NCBI GenBank assembly: GCA_963663765.2 | Contig: CAXXUA010000008.1 | Coordinates: 32,001-96,000 of the forward strand | Source: Candidatus Poribacteria bacterium | Lineage (GTDB): Bacteria > Poribacteria > WGA-4E > WGA-3G | DNA length: 64,000 nucleotides | Direction: 5' to 3' | In this document: positions 21,374 through 30,757 of the stretch, piece by piece | How positions within the stretch are numbered: position 1 is the stretch's first letter | How the letters are laid out: each line of letters opens with the position of its first letter | The notes under the pieces: generated by a model | The model's input: only the letters and a program-made list of their open reading frames with translations | Told to the model about the DNA's origin: nothing | The model's database searches: none | Translations under genes and position numbers: made by a program

Positions 21374-21500
21374 GTGATAGCACCCACTACCTAAAGGTAG
21401 GGCTTCGGTTTCATAGCAACTGCGGTTTTCTCATAAAGTCCACCGTCTGACTGTCGCTCCACCATCAGGCAGCTATCCCTGCCTGAAGTATATTTATAGC
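21374..21500 (-). ncRNA. Predicted TnpB omega/reRNA scaffold (3' end of tnpB to the right end)
   Basis: Position and terminal hairpin match known TnpB reRNA architecture; 5' boundary is approximate. Confidence 0.55.
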
Positions 21501-22580
21501 AGCGTTTATGTCTCGGTCGTGGTGTGAACCACATTCAGAGCATGTCCACTGCCTATCAGAGAGTGTTAGATTGTTATTGTGGAAACCACAATCCGAACAT
21601 GGCTTTGTCGTAGCTGTCCATTGACTGACTTGAAGGAACTGACGCCTATGTTTTTGACACTTATATTTCAATATCTCAACAAACTGGTAGAAAGCAAGGT
21701 CGGAAACCTTGCGCCCCCAAAGCCGTTTCATACCGTCAAGGTTCAAGGTTTCAAGGACTATCGTATCAAACCTTTCACACAGATAAGTGGCAAGTTTCCA
21801 ATGCCAATCTTTGCGTTGGTTAGCCGCTTTGCGATACAACCTTGCGAGTTGTCGGATACCACGGCACCATCTGTTAGAACCTTTAACCTTGCGAGAAAGC
21901 GATTTGTTGAGACTACGGAGTTGGTTCAAGGATTGTTTCAAAGGTTGCGGGTGTTGGATTTTCTCACCCGTGTTAAGTGTCAAAAAAGCATCTTTCATAC
22001 CGAAGTCTGCCCCAACGTTCTGACCTGTTGTCGGCATCGGTCTAAAATCTGTGTAGGTTGTTATGATGTAAAGCCAATAATCCCCGCAGGCATCACGTTT
22101 GAGTGTGATACGTGCAATACGTCCGTGAAACTCACGGTGTTTATGGAACGTATAAGGCACTTTATCAAATTGCCATTTACGCGTCTTGGAATTCCATTTA
22201 CGAAATGTGATGGTGATACGATTGTTTTTCAGATGCCACCCCGCGTGTCCAGGAAAAGTAATAGATTTAAACTTATGTCTCGGTTTGATATGCGGTCTAC
22301 CGCCAAGTTTCTTGAAAAAACGTTGATACGCTGCGTCAATACGTTTCAATTCTTCTTGAATCGCTTGACTCGGCAACGTTTTCCAATGGGGATGCGTGGT
22401 TGCCTTGAGTTCTGTAAGGTGAGCAGACATAGCATTATAGTTCGCATACGGCAAACCTTCTTTATAACGTTGACGCTGCCACTTATGGAAATACGCATGC
22501 ACTTGCCACATATCGTCAAGCAGATTGCCAAGACGTATCGTATTAGACTGATTAGATATTTTATATTTATAGGTTTTCAT
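21465..22580 (-). CDS. tnpB: RNA-guided endonuclease TnpB
   Basis: RuvC residues in VGADFG, IVLETL and HDRDINAA; zinc finger CSDC/CSEC. Confidence 0.95.
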   Translation of the reverse strand: MKTYKYKISNQSNTIRLGNLLDDMWQVHAYFHKWQRQRYKEGLPYANYNAMSAHLTELKATTHPHWKTLPSQAIQEELKRIDAAYQRFFKKLGGRPHIKPRHKFKSITFPGHAGWHLKNNRITITFRKWNSKTRKWQFDKVPYTFHKHREFHGRIARITLKRDACGDYWLYIITTYTDFRPMPTTGQNVGADFGMKDAFLTLNTGEKIQHPQPLKQSLNQLRSLNKSLSRKVKGSNRWCRGIRQLARLYRKAANQRKDWHWKLATYLCERFDTIVLETLNLDGMKRLWGRKVSDLAFYQFVEILKYKCQKHRRQFLQVSQWTATTKPCSDCGFHNNNLTLSDRQWTCSECGSHHDRDINAAINILQAGIAA

Positions 22581-22887
22581 GGTATATCAAGTATCAAGTC
22601 TTTAACCCCCGTAAAGTGGGTAGGCAGACACATTGTCAAGCGACAATGCTTTACATGTCTGCCAACTTGATATTGTTAAGTATACTACAGCGTATCTCAT
22701 AAATGTGATTTTGTCCAAATTCACTGGATCGTGTGTTTGACATCTCGGGGTTAGAAACCCCTCCTACCATTTATGAGATAGGTTGTATATTTTTCGCAAA
22801 ATGTCAAATTTGTTTTCAACCATAAACCCAACGTCCACCTACATCCCGCAAGCTAAAGCATGGGGTCTTGGCGGGAAGATTGATAAC

Positions 22888-23652
22888 CTAATATATTTCT
22901 TGAATCACATCACAAATGTCCGGTGCATCAGCAAGATAATCTTTTTTTACTTTTTCAATGAATTCAACAGGGATACCGTGTAGTGCTTCTGATATGGCAC
23001 CAACAATTGCACCAAGTGTATCAGAATCTCCACCCAAAGAAATAGCATTTCGTACAGCATCTTCATAACTCACTGATTCCAATGCGCAAGTTATTCCCTG
23101 TGGTACAGTTTCTTGACAAGTTTCCCTAAAATAGTAATGCGTTCGAATTTCGTCCACTGACTGAGATAAATCATAACCATATTCAGAAATAATCACTTCC
23201 CGGATAGTGTCACAATTTTCTCCTTGAAACGCAAGCCAGATAGCATGTGTTGTTGCACGCGCACCTTTCATACCTTCTGGATGATTATGGGTAATGGCAG
23301 TTACTTTATCAGAGGCATCAAGGGCAGCATTCAGGTCGTTACGATTTAAGAGTGCCGCTGGTGAAACACGCATTGCAGAACCGTTACCATAACTGTTATA
23401 TGGCTCAGGTAGTTCATTAGAGATCCATTCTCTGAACATACCACCATAACTACAATTCGGATAACGTTGACACCATGCTTGCATTGTTTCTGCGGGTGGC
23501 AGATCATGAAGTAAAATATCAGCAACCGCTGCTGTGCAAACAGAATCATCTGTGAAAAAACATTTTGACGAGAAAAACTCAAAATGTTTAGTTTTAATAC
23601 GGTCCCATTCATAGATGGAACCAACAATGTCACCTATAATTGCACCAAACAT
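22888..23652 (-). CDS. ADP-ribosylglycohydrolase family protein
   Basis: GAIIGD, FTDD, GNGSAMR, GGDSDT. Confidence 0.93.
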   Translation of the reverse strand: MFGAIIGDIVGSIYEWDRIKTKHFEFFSSKCFFTDDSVCTAAVADILLHDLPPAETMQAWCQRYPNCSYGGMFREWISNELPEPYNSYGNGSAMRVSPAALLNRNDLNAALDASDKVTAITHNHPEGMKGARATTHAIWLAFQGENCDTIREVIISEYGYDLSQSVDEIRTHYYFRETCQETVPQGITCALESVSYEDAVRNAISLGGDSDTLGAIVGAISEALHGIPVEFIEKVKKDYLADAPDICDVIQEIY

Positions 23653-23812
23653 TTATCACCCCTTTGTAGTGATAGAATTAATAATCGTATTGTAGAATGG
23701 GAAACTGATTGAAGTGATTCTGTAAAAATCATGGGATTCTTCAGAGAGTATGAAGCATCAACTTCATTGTAAATCTGCATTATACTAAATGTTTATGGAT
23801 CTGTCAAATTTA

Positions 23813-24065
23813 CAGGGTTATTCAGTTTTAACCATTTTTCACATTTTTGTGAGAAAATCGCGACCGGGAGGTCGCTCCTACCGCGGTGTTCTTTTTTGAA
23901 AAATCCAAAAATTAGGAAAACTGAATAACCCTGGTCAAATTTACAGGGTTATTCAGTTTTAACCATTTTTCACATTTTTGTGAGAAAATCGCGACCGGGA
24001 GGTCGCTCCTACCGCGGGGTTTCTTTTTTGAAAAATCCAAAAATTAGGAAAACTGAATAACCCTG
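23813..24065. mobile_element. Tandem pair of ~121-bp CAGGGTTATTCAG MITEs with 10-bp TSD GTCAAATTTA present three times
   Basis: Copies at 23813-23933 and 23944-24065; TSD at 23803, 23934 and 24066. Confidence 0.9.
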
Positions 24066-24118
24066 GTCAAATTTATTTCTGATTGATATTTCTATGAAAT
24101 TCTTGTAAACTGAAACAG

Positions 24119-25231
24119 ATGTTTCAAAAAATAATTGAGATTCTCACCTTAATCGCTTCAACCATCGTGCAGTGTATCTTCTATAAGAGAGGGTTACCCA
24201 AGGAATTCACCCCTAAACGTATCCTCGTTGTAAAACTTGACCACATTGGAGATGTACTGCTATCAACACCAGTTTTTTCCAATTTACACCACGCATATCC
24301 AAACGCTGAACTCCACGCGCTAACAGGTAGATGGAGCCGTGTTATACTTGAAAACCACCCCAATGTAAATAAGGTATGGGTATACAATTCCCCAGCATTT
24401 TCACGTTCTGAAAAACCAACAAGTCTAAAGGAAGTCTTACAGTTGTATCGAAACTTAAAAGGTCAAAATTACGACCTATTGATAAATCTACGTGGGGATT
24501 GGCGAATTGTCCTGTTTTCAATCTTTCGCGTCAGTTCAAACCGCATCGACCGTCCATCCTTACAAGTAGCAAATAAAGTTGGAATCACTCAGTTTAGCTG
24601 TAGACATGAAACAATCCGTAATCTTGATGTTCTGAAACAAGTGAGGATACCAACAACCATTCAACATGCAACTTTTTTTGTTACTCCTGAAAATGAGGAA
24701 TGGGCATCCAAATTCCTGTTAGATCAGAATATCCAGTTAGATCAACCGATTATCGCATTACATCCCGGTTCTCCGATTACACTGAAGAGATGGATACCAA
24801 AGCGTTTTGCTGAATTAGCTGACTACTTGATTGCAGAAAAAAATGCAATAATTCTGTTTGTCGGCGTGAAAGACGAAATACCGATAATTACTGAAATACA
24901 AAACATCATGCATGGAGAATCAATCAGTATCGCTGGCAAAACAAATTTAACGCAATTGGCATCAATATTGCTCAGATGTACTATGTTTATAGGTAATGAC
25001 AGCGGACCGATGCATCTTGCTGCATCGGTTGGAACAAATACAATCGGATTATTCGGACCAGGAGACCCAGAAAGGTTTGGACCGATCGGGCACAATTGTG
25101 CAACTATTCGGAAAAAACTTGACTGTCCCCCATGCACAGGACAAGTTTGCAGATTCGGTGAACAAGGATGTATGTCAACTATACAGGTAACTGATGTGAT
25201 CCAGACACTTGAAGCACATAAATTTCTATAA
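24119..25231 (+). CDS. GT9 family LPS heptosyltransferase-like glycosyltransferase
   Basis: ILVVKLDHIGDVLL, HPGS..KRW, GNDSGPMHLA. Confidence 0.92.
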   Translation: MFQKIIEILTLIASTIVQCIFYKRGLPKEFTPKRILVVKLDHIGDVLLSTPVFSNLHHAYPNAELHALTGRWSRVILENHPNVNKVWVYNSPAFSRSEKPTSLKEVLQLYRNLKGQNYDLLINLRGDWRIVLFSIFRVSSNRIDRPSLQVANKVGITQFSCRHETIRNLDVLKQVRIPTTIQHATFFVTPENEEWASKFLLDQNIQLDQPIIALHPGSPITLKRWIPKRFAELADYLIAEKNAIILFVGVKDEIPIITEIQNIMHGESISIAGKTNLTQLASILLRCTMFIGNDSGPMHLAASVGTNTIGLFGPGDPERFGPIGHNCATIRKKLDCPPCTGQVCRFGEQGCMSTIQVTDVIQTLEAHKFL

Positions 25232-25487
25232 ATAGAATGAATTAATGTTAGGCAGTTATCTCTATTTATCCAAATTTCTTCTTAAATGCTTAATCTGTAT
25301 TAGAATTTTCATAAGAATTAACTTGACTTTTTTTGGCACAAAAGATAATATGTTCTTTAAGACATACTTTAGTTTTTTTAGAAGGTTACTTACATATTCC
25401 TAACTTTATTTTTTCAGAACATTGATTGATATAACATTTTGAATATTTACATCTGTATTTCAAAATAGATTTATGGAGGATTAGAAA

Positions 25488-26165
25488 ATGCAAAGGAAAT
25501 TAAATTGGCACTTATACGTTCTGACATTAGTATGCATAATCAGTATAAGTATCATAGGTTGTGGGGATGACGATGATAGTGATTCCATGGTATCTCCTTC
25601 GTCTCAGCTAATAGATGTAGCAACAGCAGAACCTATTGATAATGCGAAAGAAAAAGCGGAAATTAATGCTACATTCAGAGAATTCTATAGAGCTTTCAAT
25701 GCACGAGATCTAAATGATATAAAGAAAATATGGTATAATCCATCTGATAATTCAGATGCATTTGCAGTCGCATGGTTCGTTGGAGGATATGTTGAACAGG
25801 TTGATCCGGCATTTGGATGGGTTCAAATCAGCGCAACGATAGAAGGTTTGTGGGCTCATCTCAGCACAAGAAATGATAAATGGACAGGAAGTAGCAGCTT
25901 CAGCGAATTTTATATCAGAAGAAGGGCAGCCGACCCAAATACATTAGAAGCAAGCGCAAGAAGTTATTCTTCCTACAGAAATCAGGGTGGTGCTGGTTCA
26001 ACTTTTGTCTACTTAGTAAAACTAAAGCATGAAGATTGGAAAATTCAGCAAGTTGACAGTCATACACAGAATACTTTAAACAATCGCAAACCATTAAACT
26101 CACAACACCCTCCTAATCCACGTATTACTAAATACTTTAACGACCCAGATACAAAAGTAAATTAG
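25488..26165 (+). CDS. Lipoprotein with SnoaL/NTF2-like domain
   Basis: Lipobox IIG-C; FYRAFNARDL...W and WKI motifs. Confidence 0.7.
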   Translation: MQRKLNWHLYVLTLVCIISISIIGCGDDDDSDSMVSPSSQLIDVATAEPIDNAKEKAEINATFREFYRAFNARDLNDIKKIWYNPSDNSDAFAVAWFVGGYVEQVDPAFGWVQISATIEGLWAHLSTRNDKWTGSSSFSEFYIRRRAADPNTLEASARSYSSYRNQGGAGSTFVYLVKLKHEDWKIQQVDSHTQNTLNNRKPLNSQHPPNPRITKYFNDPDTKVN

Positions 26166-26190
26166 GCTGCCCCAATTTGTGCAGCCTAAT
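26161..26190 (+). terminator. Hairpin after the lipoprotein gene
   Basis: ATTAGGCTGC...GCAGCCTAAT stem followed by T residues. Confidence 0.55.
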
Positions 26191-26264
26191 TTCAATATGC
26201 ACCTATTTGTGCATGTTTTGTTCGCTGAGCCTTAATACAAACGCTTGTTTTCAGTTTTATCTAA

Positions 26265-26280
26265 TGGCATATAAATTGCA
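26265..26280 (+). promoter_or_regulatory. Sigma-54 (-24/-12) promoter
   Basis: TGGCAT-N5-TTGCA about 200 bp upstream of 26475. Confidence 0.6.
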
Positions 26281-26474
26281 TAGGTAGATATAACTTTGTT
26301 GTCATTAATAAAATTTATTATCAAGACTTAATCTAAACAAGGACTCACACACCCAACGGTAGGCGTACTTTGCAAGCGCGCTGGAAAAACAATATTTTCA
26401 TAACATTGTTTGATAAAATCATGAAAATTGCGTAAGTCCTGTTTTAACGAAACATAATTGTGAGGTAAAACCAA

Positions 26475-27953
26475 ATGAGTGCTAAGAGAACTTCTGGTGC
26501 CTTAATGACTTCGGTTGTAGTCCACTTAGTCATTATTCTTCTTGCTGGTGTCTATTTTGTAGCACAATCTGAGAAGTTTAAAGACTTAGTCGGTATCCAA
26601 TTTTCTAAACCCCCTAATGCACCGAAGCCTAAGGTACGTAAACCTATCGTCAAACAATTTACTAAACCTATCGTTCCAAACCAGATTACCCACGTGACAG
26701 AACAAGTTCAAGTTCAGCCACGTCTTACTACAGCTTTTGCCCCTAAGGAAGTAGCACAACAAACACAAGCAGTTCTGGAATTCTCCAATCAGGTCATCAA
26801 GGTCGATGCACCGATTAATCCAAACGTACCCAAAGTAGTGAAACCCAACACACCTGTCCCCGAAGTGGTTACACATACGGATTTACCTGTTTCCAATTCC
26901 CCGACGGCATTAGCATTTGCTGGTCCCGTCGCAAGCGCACCAGCAGCAGGTCCAGCTAACATCGTACGCGGTATTGCAGGAAGTGTTCAAGTAAACATTT
27001 CAGTCGAACGACCAGCAGGGTTAGCAATGGTACAAAACGTCGGGGTTGCACGTGAAGCTCTCGGACAAGTCACTGATACAATTACACTTGGAAACGTTGA
27101 AGTGCCACCTTTACCTAAGGGAGAACCCGGCGGACGCGTTATAGGAAAAGGACGCGATATCCGTGGTGTTCTACGTTTCACACGCATACGCCATAACCTT
27201 TCTGACTGGTGGGCTGATTCATCTTCTCTCAACGCACTGACGAAATGGTTGAACGAAAGAACTGAAATCAAAACTGACATGAACGTTGAAGGCGGCGCAC
27301 TAAAACTTACCGACTCCAACCTATTTAAAACACCACTCGCATTCATGACTGGACACGATCCCGCTCTTGTCAGATCAAGAAACTTACTTGCAAGAGACCA
27401 AGGTGGCGGTAAAATGGATAGCAGGCTCTCTCCCAACGAAGCTACCGCACTACGAGAATACCTCGTTGAAAAAGGTGGATTCCTCGTCTTTGATGATTGT
27501 GGTGTGAATGCCGCTGCACAAGCAATGGTGCGGTTATTCATCGCACAAATGCGTAACGTCATGCCTGAACACCAAATTGAACGAATCTCAAATACACACG
27601 ATATATATAATAACTTCTATGAAATCGGTGGACCCCCAGTCGGTTTTGATATTTTCTGGTGGGGAACAAGACCACCAAAACGAAATTATCTTGAAGGATT
27701 CTCTGTCGGTGAAAAATTAGCTGTTATCGTCGTCAGACGCGACTATATGTGCGCAATGGAATCTGTCAGTTTACCAACACGAAGTGTACACTATTCACCA
27801 GGTGTCTATCGCTTTATGACAAACGTGGTTGTGTATTCTCTAACACACGGGTCAATTGCCGATTACTCTGGCTATGTGCCTGAAGACACTTTAGCGCAGA
27901 AAGAACTACCAACACGTGCACCAGAAGCAGCGAAAACCGGAGCAACTGAATAA
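26475..27953 (+). CDS. DUF4159-domain protein with N-terminal anchor and Pro-rich stalk
   Basis: SVVVH anchor, Pro/Val-rich linker, FMTGH, LREYLVEKGGFLVFDDC. Confidence 0.75.
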   Translation: MSAKRTSGALMTSVVVHLVIILLAGVYFVAQSEKFKDLVGIQFSKPPNAPKPKVRKPIVKQFTKPIVPNQITHVTEQVQVQPRLTTAFAPKEVAQQTQAVLEFSNQVIKVDAPINPNVPKVVKPNTPVPEVVTHTDLPVSNSPTALAFAGPVASAPAAGPANIVRGIAGSVQVNISVERPAGLAMVQNVGVAREALGQVTDTITLGNVEVPPLPKGEPGGRVIGKGRDIRGVLRFTRIRHNLSDWWADSSSLNALTKWLNERTEIKTDMNVEGGALKLTDSNLFKTPLAFMTGHDPALVRSRNLLARDQGGGKMDSRLSPNEATALREYLVEKGGFLVFDDCGVNAAAQAMVRLFIAQMRNVMPEHQIERISNTHDIYNNFYEIGGPPVGFDIFWWGTRPPKRNYLEGFSVGEKLAVIVVRRDYMCAMESVSLPTRSVHYSPGVYRFMTNVVVYSLTHGSIADYSGYVPEDTLAQKELPTRAPEAAKTGATE

Positions 27954-27997
27954 CACATCTTGCCTACAGTTGTTCGGTATTTATCTATAGACTATTT

Positions 27998-28043
27998 AGT
28001 ATCTCCCGATAATGATTTTAGATTATCATTATCGGGAGATACT
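27998..28043. terminator. Perfect 19-bp stem hairpin downstream of the DUF4159 gene
   Basis: AGTATCTCCCGATAATGAT / ATCATTATCGGGAGATACT. Confidence 0.6.
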
Positions 28044-28103
28044 TGTACAAATGAACCATAAACCAAATTTCTACCTTTCTTCCGAAAAAAGATCTAAATA
28101 TAC

Positions 28104-28304
28104 CAGGACGTACGCAGTTTTCATGATTTGATGAAGAATTATGACGAAAAGGGTGTAATTTTCAGCATTTTTTCGGTTTCCAGCGCCAAATCAAGAAATC
28201 AACGGTATGAATGCCTTTTGGCATTCCCCGCCTACAAAGCGCCAAATCAACGGTATGAATGCCATTTAGGCATTCCCCGCCTACCGTTGGGTGCGTAAGT
28301 CCTA
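28104..28304. mobile_element. MITE with CAGGAC(T/G)TACGCA ends and 5-bp TSD TATAC; copy at 56193-56453
   Basis: TIRs and TSDs are visible at both copies; related element at 26339-26441. Confidence 0.8.
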
Positions 28305-28379
28305 TATACATTAAACTTATTGGAAATCCCAATAACTAAACACAAAATATAATTTGTCCTCACACCCGAATATTGTATA

Positions 28380-28535
28380 ATACCAATTCAAATAAATCTT
28401 GTCTCATTAAGGAATTCTACTGTTTACTGGCAGGGGGTTACTCTCTTCGGTAGGAGCGACCTCCCGGTCGCGACCGGGAGGTCGCTCCTACCAGATTTCC
28501 GCTGATAATGAGACATTATCACATGAAAATGGTAT
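28380..28535. mobile_element. Nested MITE (ATACCA shell, TGTCTCATTA inner ends) around a GTAGGAGCGACC REP palindrome
   Basis: Similar composites at 43441-43599 and 60971-61103. Confidence 0.65.
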
Positions 28536-28576
28536 AATATAACTATGAAAATTAAAAAATCAACTCTCACATTATG

Positions 28577-29140
28577 CAAGGTTATTCAGTTTTCAATAAT
28601 TTTGATAGTATTTTGTTATACCGTTAATATTTTGTAATACCCTCTTGTCCATGTCTTTAGTTCCGTAGGAACGATATGTTTATAGAAAATGTTTTCAACC
28701 CCAATAGAGTTCCGTAGGAACGACATAGAAGAATAGACATATCGTCCCTACGGGACTAAAGACATGGGGAGGGTATTCGTTATCTATACACATATCGTCC
28801 CTACCAAATCAACGCCAAATGCGCCAAATCAACGGTATGAATGCCATTAAGGCATTCCCCGTATGGCATTTGTCGGGACTAAAGAGCGATATTCAGTTTT
28901 CAATAAATTATAGTGAAATATGCAATTAAGTTTACACTTCTTCTGTAGGAGCGATCTCCGAATCGCGACTGAACACCTTGATAGTCGGGAATCGGAGTTC
29001 CCTCCTACACCTGAAAGTGTAAAAATAATTCTATAATTTACTATAAAATTGATGTGTAAAATTCGGTTAGGAAACCGAACCTGGGTATAAACTTTCAGTA
29101 AATCTCAATAACAGAAAACTCTTAAAACTGAATAACCCCG
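28577..29140. mobile_element. CAGGGTTATTCAG-type MITE with nested REP units, a mini-hairpin and a TATAGT MITE
   Basis: Inverted homolog of 2221-2708; cacattat flank duplication. Confidence 0.8.
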
Positions 29141-29170
29141 CACATTATATTAGAACTATTACATATAGAA

Positions 29171-29547
29171 CAATACCTTCGCCATTTTTGAGTGCTTCAG
29201 TTGAATGAGTATATAGTGTTGATCTACCATTGCTCTGTGATATTGTTAGGATTACATAAATAAAAATAACTTCAGGTTTTCGTTGAAGTATTTTTAATTA
29301 TCATAGCGTCTAATTTGACGATAGAATCTGACAGAATAATTTATATGCACAATCTGGCAGAATGTGCTACAACTGACCGCACAATCTGGCAGAATGTGCT
29401 ACAACTGACCGCACAATCTGGCAGAATGTGCTACAACTGACCGCACAATCTGGCAGAATGTGCTACAACTTGACCGCACAATCTGGCAGAATGTGCTACA
29501 ACTGACCGCACAATCTGGCAGAATGTCTATTATTGGCGAAGATATTG
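29171..29547. mobile_element. CAATACC-type MITE with 6-bp TSD ATAGAA and an internal 32-bp tandem repeat
   Basis: TIRs and TSD; five full and one partial GCACAATCTGGCAGAATGTGCTACAACTGACC units at 29347-29526. Confidence 0.9.
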
Positions 29548-29606
29548 ATAGAAATGATATAATATATTCAATAAGATATGATTTAACATAACATTGAGGT
29601 GATAAA

Positions 29607-30440
29607 TTGAAACTTGGAGTATCCACTTATTCCTATTGGCATTTCACTCCTGAACGAGTAGCAATTGAACATGTTATTGAAGAAGCCGCACGGTTGGAAC
29701 TTGATGGGATTGAAATCTTACATCAACAGATGCAATCAGAAGCAACCCCCTATCTACAGAAACTCAAACGTCATGCGTATATCAACGGACTTGACCTTTA
29801 TGCACTCTCAATTCATCAAGGGTTCGTGTCACCAGAGGAAAATACACGACAGAAAAACATAAACCATACAATACATTGCATCCGATTGGCACACGAACTC
29901 GGTATCCCAGCAATTCGACTTAACTCCGGAAGATGGGGGACTATCAAAACATTTAATGAATTAATGAAAACCGAAGGACAAGAACCAACACTGCCTAACC
30001 ATACGATTGATGAAGCTTTTGAATGGGTTATTTCTTCAATTGAAGAATGCCTACCAGATGCAGAAAGATATGGAGTCATACTCGGTCTGGAAAATCATTG
30101 GGGACTGACCTGCACACCAGAAGGTGTCAATCGTATTGTCTCCGCCATAGACTCAGATTGGCTAAAGGTGACTATGGATTGTGGTAATTTTCTCTCTGAT
30201 CCCTATCAAAAACTACAACAAATCGCAAATGAAGCTGTTCTTGTCCATGCAAAAACCTATTACGGTGAAGGGGAATGGTACACCCTTGATCTCGATTATG
30301 CAAGAATTAGTAAGATTCTGCAAGAAGCGGGTTTCAACGGATATGTATCTATTGAATTTGAAGGGAAAGAGGACGCACACACTGGCGTGCCAAAAAGTGT
30401 TGAGATGTTACGCAATTCCCTGTTTTATAGTGAAATCTAA
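29607..30440 (+). CDS. Sugar phosphate isomerase/epimerase (xylose isomerase-like TIM barrel)
   Basis: LGLENHWG, DCGNF, VHAK, GYVSIEFEG. Confidence 0.9.
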   Translation: MKLGVSTYSYWHFTPERVAIEHVIEEAARLELDGIEILHQQMQSEATPYLQKLKRHAYINGLDLYALSIHQGFVSPEENTRQKNINHTIHCIRLAHELGIPAIRLNSGRWGTIKTFNELMKTEGQEPTLPNHTIDEAFEWVISSIEECLPDAERYGVILGLENHWGLTCTPEGVNRIVSAIDSDWLKVTMDCGNFLSDPYQKLQQIANEAVLVHAKTYYGEGEWYTLDLDYARISKILQEAGFNGYVSIEFEGKEDAHTGVPKSVEMLRNSLFYSEI

Positions 30441-30486
30441 AAATATGTACACACTCCCTGGTAGGTGTGGTTTCCTAACCGTACCT

Positions 30487-30624
30487 TAGGCGTCAATTTA
30501 AGAAAAAAGTGCTGGTGTTTCTCTTGTGGGAGGAGTGTTCAACCCCGATATGACAGAAAATGAACATAAAATCGGGGTTGAAAACCCCTCCCACAAGAGG
30601 TCAAAATCCTTAAATTGACGCTTA
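30487..30624. mobile_element. MITE with TA(G/A)GCGTCAATTTAAG ends carrying a REP pair, inserted within another REP
   Basis: TIRs; internal gtgggaggag..accccgat / atcggggt..ctcccac. Confidence 0.7.
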
Positions 30625-30757
30625 TGGTGCTGTTTCCTAACCGCACCGAGCATGGTTATGGAATTACCTAATTTATTTTTGATCTTCATTAGGGACGATA
30701 TGTTTATAACACAAAACCCAAAATACGTGAAAACAGTTAGTTAACTAGCACAAGTCG

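Larger units (their letters stand above)
21374..22882 (-). mobile_element. IS200/IS605-family element with tnpB only (IS1341-like)
   Basis: LE hairpin at ~22845-22866 preceded by AAGA; RE hairpin at ~21383-21402 preceded by GAAG and ending in TCAC; no tnpA. Confidence 0.8.

Noticed and set aside
21579-22670. 363-aa plus-strand ORF antisense to tnpB
   Set aside because: Shadow ORF with no recognisable motifs, fully overlapping a clear tnpB.
29347-29526. CRISPR-sized 32-bp repeats and the 29399..29626 ORF
   Set aside because: The repeats are directly adjacent with no spacers and lie inside a MITE. The ORF is a repeat artefact.
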